A DNA stretch of 64,000 bases, from contig OZ024745.1 of the NCBI GenBank assembly GCA_964016885.1, positions 91,822,001-91,886,000 on the forward strand, in the 5' to 3' direction. This DNA comes from Eledone cirrhosa (taxonomy: Eukaryota). Below, one piece after another: positions 30,101 through 44,800 of this stretch. How positions within the stretch are numbered: position 1 is the stretch's first letter; each line of letters starts with the position of its first letter. The notes below the pieces were generated by a model. That model searched no databases, was not told the DNA's origin, and worked only from the letters and a program-made list of their open reading frames with translations. A program made the translations under genes and the position numbers.

Positions 30101-31020
30101 GCTCCACTAGATACAGTAAGTTATATTACTCTGTCTGAGTATCAAACAGCTCCACTAGATACAGTAAGTTATATTACTCTGCCTGAGTATCAAACAGCTC
30201 CACTAGATACAGTAAGTTATATTACTCTGTCTGAGTATCAAACAGCTCCACTAAATACAGTAAGTTATATTACTCTGTCTGCGTATCAAATAGCTCCACT
30301 AGATACAGTAAGTTATATTACTCTGCCTGAGTATCAAACAGCTCCACTAGATACAGTAAGTTATATTATTCTGTCTGAGTATCAAACAGCTCCACTAGAT
30401 ACAGTAAGTTATATTACTCTGTCTGAGTATCAAACAGCTCCACTAGATACAGTAAGTTATATTACTCTGCCTCAGTATCAAACAGCTCCACTAGATACAG
30501 TAAGTTATATTACTCAGCCTGAGTATCAAACAGCTCCACTAGATACAGTAAGTTATATTACTCTGTCTGAGTATCAAACAGCTCCACTATATACAGTAGG
30601 TTATATTACTCTGCCTGAGTATCAAACAGCTCCACTAGATACAGTAAGTTTTATTACTCTGCCTGAGTATCAAACAGCTCCACCAGATACAGTAAGTTAT
30701 ATTACTCTGCCTGAATATCAAACAGCTCCACTAGAGACAGTAAGTTATATTACTCTGTCTGCGTATCAAACAGCTCCACTAGATACAGTAAGTTATATTA
30801 CTCTGCCTGAGTATCAAACAGCTCCACTAGATACTGTAAGTTATATTACTCTGTCTGCATATCAAACAGCTCCACTATATACAGTAAGTTATATTACTCT
30901 GTCTGAGTATCAAACAGCTCCACTAGATACAGTAAGTTATATTACTCTGTCTGAGTAGCAAACGGCTCCACTAGATACAGTAAGTTATATTACTCTGTCT
31001 GAGTATCAAACAGCTCCACT
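18200..31020. repeat. Dispersed duplication at 7584-bp (158-monomer) offset: ~18200-23440 and ~25780-31020
   Basis: GTATTAAA 19055/26639, GTTACATT 19660/27244 and GTAGCAAACGG 23374/30958 all differ by 7584. Boundaries are approximate. Confidence 0.8.
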
Positions 31021-34000
31021 AGATACTGTAAGTTATATTACTCTGTCTGCGTATCAAACAGCTCCACTAGATACAGTAAGTTATATTACTCTGTCTGAGT
31101 ATCAAACAGCTCCACTAGATACAGTAAGTTATATTACTCTGCCTGAGTATCAAACAGCTCCACTAGATAAACTAAGTTATATTACTCTGCCTGAGTATCA
31201 AACAGCTCCACTAGATACAGTAAGTTATATTACTCTGTCTGAGTATCAAACAGCTCCACTAGATACAGTAAGTTATATTACTCTGCCTGAGTATCAAACA
31301 GCTCCACTTGATACAGTAAGTTATATTACTCTGTCTGATTATCAAACAGCTCCACTAGATACAGTAAGTTATATTACTCTGTCTGAGTATCAAACAGCTC
31401 CACTAGATACAGTAAGTTATATTACTCTGCCTGAGTATCAAACAGCTCCACTAGATACAGTAAGTTATATTACTCTGTCTGAGTATCAAACAGCTCCACT
31501 AAATACAGTAAGTTATATTACTCTGTCTGCGTATCAAACAGCTCCACTAGATACAGTAAGTTATATTACTCTGCCTGAGTATCAAACAGCTCCACTAGAT
31601 ACAGTAAGTTATATTATTCTGTCTGAGTATCAAACAGCTCCACTAGATACAGTAAGTTATATTACTCTGTCTGAGTATCAAACAGCTCCACTAGATACAG
31701 TAAGTTATATTACTCTGCCTCAGTATCAAACAGCTCCACTAGATACAGTAAGTTATATTACTCAGCCTGAGTATCAAACAGCTCCACTAGATACAGTAAG
31801 TTATATTACTCTGTCTGAGTATCAAACAGCTCCACTATATACAGTAGGTTATATTACTCTGCCTGAGTATCAAACAGCTCCCCTAGATACAGTAGGTTAT
31901 ATTACTCTGTCTGAGTATCAAACAGCTCCACTAGATACAGTAAGTTATATTACTCTGCCTGAGTATAAAACAGCTCCACTAGATACAGTAAGTTATATTA
32001 TTCTGTCTGAGTATCAAACAGCTCCACTAGATACAGTAAGTTATATTACTCTGTCTGAGTATCAAACAGCTCCACTAGATACAGTAAGTTATATTACTCT
32101 GCCTCAGTATCAAACAGCTCCACTAGATACAGTAAGTTATATTACTCAGCCTGAGTATCAAACAGCTCCACTAGATACAGTAAGTTATATTACTCTGTCT
32201 GAGTATCAAACAGCTCCACTATATACAGTAGGTTATATTACTCTGCCTGAATATCAAACAGCTCCACTAGAGACAGTAAGTTATATTACTCTGTCTGCGT
32301 ATCAAACAGCTCCACTAGATACAGTAAGTTATATTACTCTGCCTGAGTATCAAACAGCTCCACTAGATACAGTAAGTTATATTACTCTGCCTGAGTATCA
32401 AGCAGCTCCACTAGATACAGTAAGTTATATTACTCTGTCTGAGTATCAAACAGCTCCACTAGATACAGTAAGTTTTATTACTCTGCCTGAGTATCAAACA
32501 GCTCCACCAGATACAGTAAGTTATATTACTCTGCCTGAATATCAAACAGCTCCACTAGAGACAGTAAGTTATATTACTCTGTCTGAGTATCAAACAGCTC
32601 CACTAGATACAGTAAGTTATATTACTCTGTCTGAGTATCAAACAGCTCCACTAGATACTGTAAGTTATATTACTCTGTCTGCATATCAAACAGCTCCACT
32701 ATATACAGTAAGTTATATTACTCTGTCTGAGTATCAAACAGCTCCACTAGATACAGTAAGTTATATTACTCTGTCTGAGTATCAAACGGCTCCACTAGAT
32801 ACAGTAAGTTATATTACTCTGTCTGAGTATCAAACAGCTCCACTAGATACAGTAAGTTATATTACTCTGTCTGAGTATCAAACAGCTCCACTAGATACTG
32901 TAAGTTATATTACTCTGTCTGCGTATCAAACAGCTCCACTAGATACAGTAAGTTATATTACTCTGTCTGAGTATCAAACAGCTCCACTAGATACAGTAAG
33001 TTATATTACTCTGCCTGAGTATCAAACAGCTCCACTAGATAAACTAAGTTATATTACTCTGCCTGAGTATCAAACAGCTCCACTAGATACAGTAAGTTAT
33101 ATTACTCTGTCTGAGTATCAAACAGCTCCACTAGATACAGTAAGTTATATTACTCTGCCTGAGTATCAAACAGCTCCACTTGATACAGTAAGTTATATTA
33201 CTCTGTCTGATTATCAAACAGCTCCACTAGATACAGTAAGTTATATTACTCTGTCTGAGTATCAAACAGCTCCACTAGATACAGTAAGTTATATTACTCT
33301 GCCTGAGTATCAAACAGCTCCACTAGATACAGTAAGTTATATTACTCTGTCTGAGTATCAAACAGCTCCACTAAATACAGTAAGTTATATTACTCTGTCT
33401 GCGTATCAAACAGCTCCACTAGATACAGTAAGTTATATTACTCTGCCTGAGTATCAAACAGCTCCACTAGATACAGTAAGTTATATTATTCTGTCTGAGT
33501 ATCAAACAGCTCCACTAGATACAGTAAGTTATATTACTCTGTCTGAGTATCAAACAGCTCCACTAGATACAGTAAGTTATATTACTCTGCCTCAGTATCA
33601 AACAGCTCCACTAGATACAGTAAGTTATATTACTCAGCCTGAGTATCAAACAGCTCCACTAGATACAGTAAGTTATATTACTCTGTCTGAGTATCAAACA
33701 GCTCCACTATATACAGTAGGTTATATTACTCTGCCTGAGTATCAAACAGCTCCACTAGATACAGTAAGTTATATTACTCTGTCTGAGTATCAAACAGCTC
33801 CACTAGATACAGTAAGTTATATTACTCTGCCTGAGTATCAACCAGCTCCAATAGATACAGTAAGTTATATTACTCTGCCTGAGTATCAAACAGCTCCACT
33901 AGATACAGTAAGTTATATTACTCTGCCTGAGTATCAAGCAGCTCCACTAGATACAGTAAGTTATATTACTCTGTCTGAGTATCAAACAGCTCCACTAGAT

Positions 34001-35850
34001 ACAGTAAGTTTTATTACTCTGCCTGAGTATCAAACAGCTCCACTAGATACAGTAAGTTATATTACTCTGTCTGAGTATCAAACAGCTCCACTAGATACAG
34101 TAAGTTATATTACTCTGCCTGAGTATCAAACAGCTCCACTAGATACAGTAAGTTATATTACTCTGTCTGAGTATCAAACAGCTCCACTAAATACAGTAAG
34201 TTATATTACTCTGTCTGCGTATCAAATAGCTCCACTAGATACAGTAAGTTATATTACTCTGCCTGAGTATCAAACAGCTCCACTAGATACAGTAAGTTAT
34301 ATTATTCTGTCTGAGTATCAAACAGCTCCACTAGATACAGTAAGTTATATTACTCTGTCTGAGTATCAAACAGCTCCACTAGATACAGTAAGTTATATTA
34401 CTCTGCCTCAGTATCAAACAGCTCCACTAGATACAGTAAGTTATATTACTCAGCCTGAGTATCAAACAGCTCCACTAGATACAGTAAGTTATATTACTCT
34501 GTCTGAGTATCAAACAGCTCCACTATATACAGTAGGTTATATTACTCTGCCTGAGTATCAAACAGCTCCACTAGATACAGTAAGTTTTATTACTCTGCCT
34601 GAGTATCAAACAGCTCCACCAGATACAGTAAGTTATATTACTCTGCCTGAATATCAAACAGCTCCACTAGAGACAGTAAGTTATATTACTCTGTCTGCGT
34701 ATCAAACAGCTCCACTAGATACAGTAAGTTATATTACTCTGCCTGAGTATCAAACAGCTCCACTAGATACTGTAAGTTATATTACTCTGTCTGCATATCA
34801 AACAGCTCCACTATATACAGTAAGTTATATTACTCTGTCTGAGTATCAAACAGCTCCACTAGATACAGTAAGTTATATTACTCTGTCTGAGTAGCAAACG
34901 GCTCCACTAGATACAGTAAGTTATATTACTCTGTCTGAGTATCAAACAGCTCCACTAGATACTGTAAGTTATATTACTCTGTCTGCGTATCAAACAGCTC
35001 CACTAGATACAGTAAGTTATATTACTCTGTCTGAGTATCAAACAGCTCCACTAGATACAGTAAGTTATATTACTCTGCCTGAGTATCAAACAGCTCCACT
35101 AGATAAACTAAGTTATATTACTCTGCCTGAGTATCAAACAGCTCCACTAGATACAGTAAGTTATATTACTCTGTCTGAGTATCAAACAGCTCCACTAGAT
35201 ACAGTAAGTTATATTACTCTGCCTGAGTATCAAACAGCTCCACTTGATACAGTAAGTTATATTACTCTGTCTGATTATCAAACAGCTCCACTAGATACAG
35301 TAAGTTATATTACTCTGTCTGAGTATCAAACAGCTCCACTAGATACAGTAAGTTATATTACTCTGCCTGAGTATCAAACAGCTCCACTAGATACAGTAAG
35401 TTATATTACTCTGTCTGAGTATCAAACAGCTCCACTAAATACAGTAAGTTATATTACTCTGTCTGCGTATCAAACAGCTCCACTAGATACAGTAAGTTAT
35501 ATTACTCTGCCTGAGTATCAAACAGCTCCACTAGATACAGTAAGTTATATTATTCTGTCTGAGTATCAAACAGCTCCACTAGATACAGTAAGTTATATTA
35601 CTCTGTCTGAGTATCAAACAGCTCCACTAGATACAGTAAGTTATATTACTCTGCCTCAGTATCAAACAGCTCCACTAGATACAGTAAGTTATATTACTCA
35701 GCCTGAGTATCAAACAGCTCCACTAGATACAGTAAGTTATATTACTCTGTCTGAGTATCAAACAGCTCCACTATATACAGTAGGTTATATTACTCTGCCT
35801 GAGTATCAAACAGCTCCCCTAGATACAGTAGGTTATATTACTCTGTCTGA
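27980..35850. repeat. Tandem duplication of a 3936-bp (82-monomer) block
   Basis: GTATAAAA 28031/31967, GTAGCAAACGG 30958/34894 and CTTGATAC 29245/33181 and 31309/35245 all differ by 3936. Boundaries are approximate. Confidence 0.82.
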
Positions 35851-38800
35851 GTATCAAACAGCTCCACTAGATACAGTAAGTTATATTACTCTGCCTGAGT
35901 ATCAACCAGCTCCAATAGATACAGTAAGTTATATTACTCTGCCTGAGTATCAAACAGCTCCACTAGATACAGTAAGTTATATTACTCTGCCTGAGTATCA
36001 AGCAGCTCCACTAGATACAGTAAGTTATATTACTCTGTGTGAGTATCAAACAGCTCCACTAGATACAGTAAGTTTTATTACTCTGCCTGAGTATCAAACA
36101 GCTCCACTAGATACAGTAAGTTATATTATTCTGTCTGAGTATCAAACAGCTCCACTAGATAAAGTAAGTTATATTACTCTGCCTGAGTATCAAACAGCTC
36201 CACTAGATAAAGTAAGTTATATTACTCTGCCTGAGTATCAAACAGCTCCACTAGATACAGTAAGTTATATTACTCTGCCTGAGTATCAAACAGCTCCACT
36301 AGATACAGTAAGTTATATTATTCTGTCTGATTATCAAACAGCTCCACTAGATACAGTAAGTTATATTACTCTGCCTGAGTATCAAACAGCTCCCCCAGAT
36401 ACAGTAAGTTATATTACTCTGCCTGAGTATCAAACAGCTCCACTAGATACTGGAAGTTATATTACTCTGTCTGCGTATCAAACAGCTCCACTAGATACAG
36501 TAAGTTATATTACTCTGCCTGAGTATCAAACAGCTCCACTAGATACAGTAAGTTATATTACTCTGCTTGAGTATCAAACAGCTCCACTAGATACAGTAGG
36601 TTATATTACTCTGCCTGAGTATCAAACAGCTCCCCTAGATACAGTAGGTTATATTACTCTGTCTGAGTATCAAACAGCTCCACTAGATACAGTAAGTTAT
36701 ATTACTCTGCCTGAGTATCAAACAGCTCCACTATATACAGTAGGTTATATTACTCTGCCTGAGTATCAAACAGCTCCCCTAGATACAGTAGGTTATATTA
36801 CTCTGTCTGAGTATCAAACAGCTCCACTAGATACAGTAAGTTATATTACTCTGCCTGAGTATCAACCAGCTCCAATAGATACAGTAAGTTATATTACTCT
36901 GCCTGAGTATCAAACAGCTCCACTAGATACAGTAAGTTATATTACTCTGCCTGAGTATCAAGCAGCTCCACTAGATACAGTAAGTTATATTACTCTGTCT
37001 GAGTATCAAACAGCTCCACTAGATACAGTAAGTTTTATTACTCTGCCTGAGTATCAAACAGCTCCACTAGATACAGTAAGTTATATTATTCTGTCTGAGT
37101 ATCAAACAGCTCCACTAGATAAAGTAAGTTATATTACTCTGCCTGAGTATCAAACAGCTCCACTAGATAAAGTAAGTTATATTGCTCTGCCTGAGTATCA
37201 AACAGCTCCACTAGATACAGTAAGTTATATTACTCTGCCTGAGTATCAAACAGCTCCACTAGATACAGTAAGTTATATTACTCTGTCTGATTATCAAACA
37301 GCTCCACTAGATACAGTAAGTTATATTACTCTGCCTGAGTATCAAACAGCTCCCCCAGATACAGTAAGTTATATTACTCTGCCTGAGTATCAAACAGCTC
37401 CACTAGATACTGGAAGTTATATTACTCTGTCTGCGTATCAAACAGCTCCACTAGATACAGTAAGTTATATTACTCTGCCTGAGTATCAAACAGCTCCACT
37501 AGATACAGTAAGTTATATTACTCTGCTTGAGTATCAAACAGCTCCACTAGATACAGTAGGTTATATTACTCTGCCTGAGTATCAAACAGCTCCCCTAGAT
37601 ACAGTAGGTTATATTACTCTGTCTGAGTATCAAACAGCTCCACTAGATACAGTAAGTTATATTATTCTGTCTGAGTATCAAACAGCTCCACTAGATAAAG
37701 TAAGTTATATTACTCTGCCTGAGTATCAAACAGCTCCACTAGATAAAGTAAGTTATATTACTCTGCCTGAGTATCAAACAGCTCCACTAGATACAGTAAG
37801 TTATATTACTCTGTCTGATTATCAAACAGCTCCACTAGATACAGTAAGTTATATTACTCTGCCTGAGTATCAAACAGCTCCCCCAGATACAGTAAGTTAT
37901 ATTACTCTGCCTGAGTATTAAACAGCTCCACTAGATACAGTAAGTTATATTATTCTGTCTGAGTATCAAACAGCTCCACTAGATACAGTAAGTTATATTA
38001 CTCTGCCTGAGTATCAAACAGCTCCACTAGATACAGTAAGTTATATTACTCTGCTTGAGTATCAAACAGCTCCACTAGATACAGTAGGTTATATTACTCT
38101 GCCTGAGTATCAAACAGCTCCCCTAGATACAGTAGGTTATATTATTCTGTCTGAGTATCAAACAGCTCCACTAGATACAGTAAGTTATATTACTCTGCCT
38201 GAGTATCAAACAGCTCCACTAGATACAGTAAGTTATATTACTCTGCCTGAGTATCAAACAGCTCCACTAGATACAGTAAGTTATATTACTCTGCCTGAGT
38301 ATCAAGCAGCTCCACTAGATACAGTAAGTTATATTACTCTGTCTGAGTATCAAACAGCTCCACTAGATACAGTAAGTTTTATTACTCTGCCTGAGTATCA
38401 AACAGCTCCACCAGATACAGTAAGTTATATTACTCTGCCTGAATATCAAACAGCTCCACTAGAGACAGTAAGTTATATTACTCTGTCTGAGTATCAAACA
38501 GCTCCACTAGATACAGTAAGTTACATTACTCTGTCTGAGTATCAAACAGCTCCACTAGATACTGTAAGTTATATTACTCTGTCTGCATATCAAACAGCTC
38601 CACTATATACAGTAAGTTATATTACTCTGTCTGAGTATCAAACAGCTCCACTAGATACAGTAAGTTATATTACTCTGTCTGAGTATCAAACGGCTCCACT
38701 AGATACAGTAAGTTATATTACTCTGTCTGAGTATCAAACAGCTCCACTAGATACAGTAAGTTATATTACTCTGTCTGAGTATCAAACAGCTCCACTAGAT

Positions 38801-41800
38801 ACTGTAAGTTATATTACTCTGTCTGCGTATCAAACAGCTCCACTAGATACAGTAAGTTATATTACTCTGTCTGAGTATCAAACAGCTCCACTAGATACAG
38901 TAAGTTATATTACTCTGCCTGAGTATCAAACAGCTCCACTAGATAAACTAAGTTATATTACTCTGCCTGAGTATCAAACAGCTCCACTTGATACAGTAAG
39001 TTATATTACTCTGTCTGATTATCAAACAGCTCCACTAGATACAGTAAGTTATATTACTCTGTCTGAGTATCAAACAGCTCCACTAGATACAGTAAGTTAT
39101 ATTACTCTGCCTGAGTATCAAACAGCTCCACTTGATACAGTAAGTTATATTACTCTGTCTGATTATCAAACAGCTCCACTAGATACAGTAAGTTATATTA
39201 CTCTGTCTGAGTATCAAACAGCTCCACTAGATACAGTAAGTTATATTACTCTGCCTGAGTATCAAACAGCTCCACTAGATACAGTAAGTTATATTACTCT
39301 GTCTGAGTATCAAACAGCTCCACTAAATACAGTAAGTTATATTACTCTGTCTGCGTATCAAACAGCTCCACTAGATACAGTAAGTTATATTACTCTGCCT
39401 GAGTATAAAACAGCTCCACTAGATACAGTAAGTTATATTATTCTGTCTGAGTATCAAACAGCTCCACTAGATACAGTAAGTTATATTACTCTGTCTGAGT
39501 ATCAAACAGCTCCACTAGATACAGTAAGTTATATTACTCTGCCTCAGTATCAAACAGCTCCACTAGATACAGTAAGTTATATTACTCAGCCTGAGTATCA
39601 AATAGCTCCACTAGATACAGTAAGTTATATTACTCTGTCTGAGTATCAAACAGCTCCACTATATACAGTAGGTTATATTACTCTGCCTGAGTATCAAACA
39701 GCTCCACTAGATACAGTAAGTTTTATTACTCTGCCTGAGTATCAAACAGCTCCACCAGATACAGTAAGTTATATTACTCTGCCTGAATATCAAACAGCTC
39801 CACTAGAGACAGTAAGTTATATTACTCTGTCTGCGTATCAAACAGCTCCACTAGATACAGTAAGTTATATTACTCTGCCTGAGTATCAAACAGCTCCACT
39901 AGATACAGTAAGTTATATTACTCTGCCTGAGTATCAAGCAGCTCCACTAGATACAGTAAGTTATATTACTCTGTCTGAGTATCAAACAGCTCCACTAGAT
40001 ACAGTAAGTTTTATTACTCTGCCTGAGTATCAAACAGCTCCACCAGATACAGTAAGTTATATTACTCTGCCTGAATATCAAACAGCTCCACTAGAGACAG
40101 TAAGTTATATTACTCTGTCTGAGTATCAAACAGCTCCACTAGATACAGTAAGTTATATTACTCTGTCTGAGTATCAAACAGCTCCACTAGATACTGTAAG
40201 TTATATTACTCTGTCTGCATATCAAACAGCTCCACTATATACAGTAAGTTATATTACTCTGTCTGAGTATCAAACAGCTCCACTAGATACAGTAAGTTAT
40301 ATTACTCTGTCTGAGTATCAAACGGCTCCACTAGATACAGTAAGTTATATTACTCTGTCTGAGTATCAAACAGCTCCACTAGATACAGTAAGTTATATTA
40401 CTCTGTCTGAGTATCAAACAGCTCCACTAGATACTGTAAGTTATATTACTCTGTCTGCGTATCAAACAGCTCCACTAGATACAGTAAGTTATATTACTCT
40501 GTCTGAGTATCAAACAGCTCCACTAGATACAGTAAGTTATATTACTCTGCCTGAGTATCAAACAGCTCCACTAGATAAACTAAGTTATATTACTCTGCCT
40601 GAGTATCAAACAGCTCCACTAGATACAGTAAGTTATATTACTCTGTCTGAGTATCAAACAGCTCCACTAGATACAGTAAGTTATATTACTCTGCCTGAGT
40701 ATCAAACAGCTCCACTTGATACAGTAAGTTATATTACTCTGTCTGATTATCAAACAGCTCCACTAGATACAGTAAGTTATATTACTCTGTCTGAGTATCA
40801 AACAGCTCCACTAGATACAGTAAGTTATATTACTCTGCCTGAGTATCAAACAGCTCCACTAGATACAGTAAGTTATATTACTCTGTCTGAGTATCAAACA
40901 GCTCCACTAAATACAGTAAGTTATATTACTCTGTCTGCGTATCAAACAGCTCCACTAGATACAGTAAGTTATATTACTCTGCCTGAGTATCAAACAGCTC
41001 CACTAGATACAGTAAGTTATATTATTCTGTCTGAGTATCAAACAGCTCCACTAGATACAGTAAGTTATATTACTCTGTCTGAGTATCAAACAGCTCCACT
41101 AGATACAGTAAGTTATATTACTCTGCCTGAGTATCAACCAGCTCCAATAGATACAGTAAGTTATATTACTCTGCCTGAGTATCAAACAGCTCCACTAGAT
41201 ACAGTAAGTTATATTACTCTGCCTGAGTATCAAGCAGCTCCACTAGATACAGTAAGTTATATTACTCTGTCTGAGTATCAAACAGCTCCACTAGATACAG
41301 TAAGTTTTATTACTCTGCCTGAGTATCAAACAGCTCCACTAGATACAGTAAGTTATATTACTCTGTCTGAGTATCAAACAGCTCCACTAGATACAGTAAG
41401 TTATATTACTCTGCCTGAGTATCAAACAGCTCCACTAGATACAGTAAGTTATATTACTCTGTCTGAGTATCAAACAGCTCCACTAAATACAGTAAGTTAT
41501 ATTACTCTGTCTGCGTATCAAATAGCTCCACTAGATACAGTAAGTTATATTACTCTGCCTGAGTATCAAACAGCTCCACTAGATACAGTAAGTTATATTA
41601 TTCTGTCTGAGTATCAAACAGCTCCACTAGATACAGTAAGTTATATTACTCTGTCTGAGTATCAAACAGCTCCACTAGATACAGTAAGTTATATTACTCT
41701 GCCTCAGTATCAAACAGCTCCACTAGATACAGTAAGTTATATTACTCAGCCTGAGTATCAAACAGCTCCACTAGATACAGTAAGTTATATTACTCTGTCT

Positions 41801-41820
41801 GAGTATCAAACAGCTCCACT

Positions 41821-44800
41821 ATATACAGTAGGTTATATTACTCTGACTGAGTATCAAACAGCTCCACTAGATACAGTAAGTTTTATTACTCTGCCTGAGT
41901 ATCAAACAGCTCCACCAGATACAGTAAGTTATATTACTCTGCCTGAATATCAAACAGCTCCACTAGAGACAGTAAGTTATATTACTCTGTCTGCGTATCA
42001 AACAGCTCCACTAGATACAGTAAGTTATATTACTCTGCCTGAGTATCAAACAGCTCCACTAGATACTGTAAGTTATATTACTCTGTCTGCATATCAAACA
42101 GCTCCACTATATACAGTAAGTTATATTACTCTGTCTGAGTATCAAACAGCTCCACTAGATACAGTAAGTTATATTACTCTGTCTGAGTATCAAACAGCTC
42201 CACTAGATACAGTAAGTTATATTACTCTGTCTGAGTATCAAACAGCTCCACTAGATACTGTAAGTTATATTACTCTGTCTGCGTATCAAACAGCTCCACT
42301 AGATACAGTAAGTTATATTACTCTGTCTGAGTATCAAACAGCTCCACTAGATACAGTAAGTTATATTACTCTGCCTGAGTATCAAACAGCTCCACTAGAT
42401 AAACTAAGTTATATTACTCTGCCTGAGTATCAAACAGCTCCACTAGATACAGTAAGTTATATTACTCTGTCTGAGTATCAAACAGCTCCACTAGATACAG
42501 TAAGTTATATTACTCTGCCTGAGTATCAAACAGCTCCACTTGATACAGTAAGTTATATTACTCTGTCTGATTATCAAACAGCTCCACTAGATACAGTAAG
42601 TTATATTACTCTGTCTGAGTATCAAACAGCTCCACTAGATACAGTAAGTTATATTACTCTGCCTCAGTATCAAACAGCTCCACTAGATACAGTAAGTTAT
42701 ATTACTCAGCCTGAGTATCAAACAGCTCCACTAGATACAGTAAGTTATATTACTCTGTCTGAGTATCAAACAGCTCCACTATATACAGTAGGTTATATTA
42801 CTCTGCCTGAGTATCAAACAGCTCCACTAGATACAGTAAGTTTTATTACTCTGCCTGAGTATCAAACAGCTCCACCAGATACAGTAAGTTATATTACTCT
42901 GCCTGAATATCAAACAGCTCCACTAGAGACAGTAAGTTATATTACTCTGTCTGCGTATCAAACAGCTCCACTAGATACAGTAAGTTATATTACTCTGCCT
43001 GAGTATCAAACAGCTCCACTAGATACTGTAAGTTATATTACTCTGTCTGCATATCAAACAGCTCCACTATATACAGTAAGTTATATTACTCTGTCTGAGT
43101 ATCAAACAGCTCCACTAGATACAGTAAGTTATATTACTCTGTCTGAGTATCAAACAGCTCCACTAGATACAGTAAGTTATATTACTCTGTCTGAGTATCA
43201 AACAGCTCCACTAGATACTGTAAGTTATATTACTCTGTCTGCGTATCAAACAGCTCCACTAGATACAGTAAGTTATATTACTCTGTCTGAGTATCAAACA
43301 GCTCCACTAGATACAGTAAGTTATATTACTCTGCCTGAGTATCAAACAGCTCCACTAGATAAACTAAGTTATATTACTCTGCCTGAGTATCAAACAGCTC
43401 CACTAGATACAGTAAGTTATATTACTCTGTCTGAGTATCAAACAGCTCCACTAGATACAGTAAGTTATATTACTCTGCCTGAGTATCAAACAGCTCCACT
43501 TGATACAGTAAGTTATATTACTCTGTCTGATTATCAAACAGCTCCACTAGATACAGTAAGTTATATTACTCTGTCTGAGTATCAAACAGCTCCACTAGAT
43601 ACAGTAAGTTATATTACTCTGCCTGAGTATCAAACAGCTCCACTAGATACAGTAAGTTATATTACTCTGTCTGAGTATCAAACAGCTCCACTAAATACAG
43701 TAAGTTATATTACTCTGTATGCGTATCAAACAGCTCCACTAGATACAGTAAGTTATATTACTCTGCCTGAGTATCAAACAGCTCCACTAGATACAGTAAG
43801 TTATATTATTCTGTCTGAGTATCAAACAGCTCCACTAGATACAGTAAGTTATATTACTCTGTCTGAGTATCAAACAGCTCCACTAGATACAGTAAGTTAT
43901 ATTACTCTGCCTCAGTATCAAACAGCTCCACTAGATACAGTAAGTTATATTACTCAGCCTGAGTATCAAACAGCTCCACTAGATACAGTAAGTTATATTA
44001 CTCTGTCTGAGTATCAAACAGCTCCACTATATACAGTAGGTTATATTACTCTGCCTGAGTATCAAACAGCTCCCCTAGATACAGTAGGTTATATTACTCT
44101 GTCTGAGTATCAAACAGCTCCACTAGATACAGTAAGTTATATTACTCTGCCTGAGTATCAACCAGCTCCAATAGATACAGTAAGTTATATTACTCTGCCT
44201 GAGTATCAAACAGCTCCACTAGATACAGTAAGTTATATTACTCTGCCTGAGTATCAAGCAGCTCCACTAGATACAGTAAGTTATATTACTCTGTCTGAGT
44301 ATCAAACAGCTCCACTAGATACAGTAAGTTTTATTACTCTGCCTGAGTATCAAACAGCTCCACTAGATACAGTAAGTTATATTATTCTGTCTGAGTATCA
44401 AACAGCTCCACTAGATAAAGTAAGTTATATTACTCTGCCTGAGTATCAAACAGCTCCACTAGATAAAGTAAGTTATATTACTCTGCCTGAGTATCAAACA
44501 GCTCCACTAGATACAGTAAGTTATATTACTCTGCCTGAGTATCAAACAGCTCCACTAGATACAGTAAGTTATATTATTCTGTCTGATTATCAAACAGCTC
44601 CACTAGATACAGTAAGTTATATTACTCTGCCTGAGTATCAAACAGCTCCCCCAGATACAGTAAGTTATATTACTCTGCCTGAGTATCAAACAGCTCCACT
44701 AGATACTGGAAGTTATATTACTCTGTCTGCGTATCAAACAGCTCCACTAGATACAGTAAGTTATATTACTCTGCCTGAGTATCAAACAGCTCCACTAGAT

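Noticed and set aside
2-37921. Single giant CDS in frame +2 across the window
   Set aside because: It is interrupted by more than 20 in-frame stops from five different alleles, I saw no ATG, and most variants are missense.
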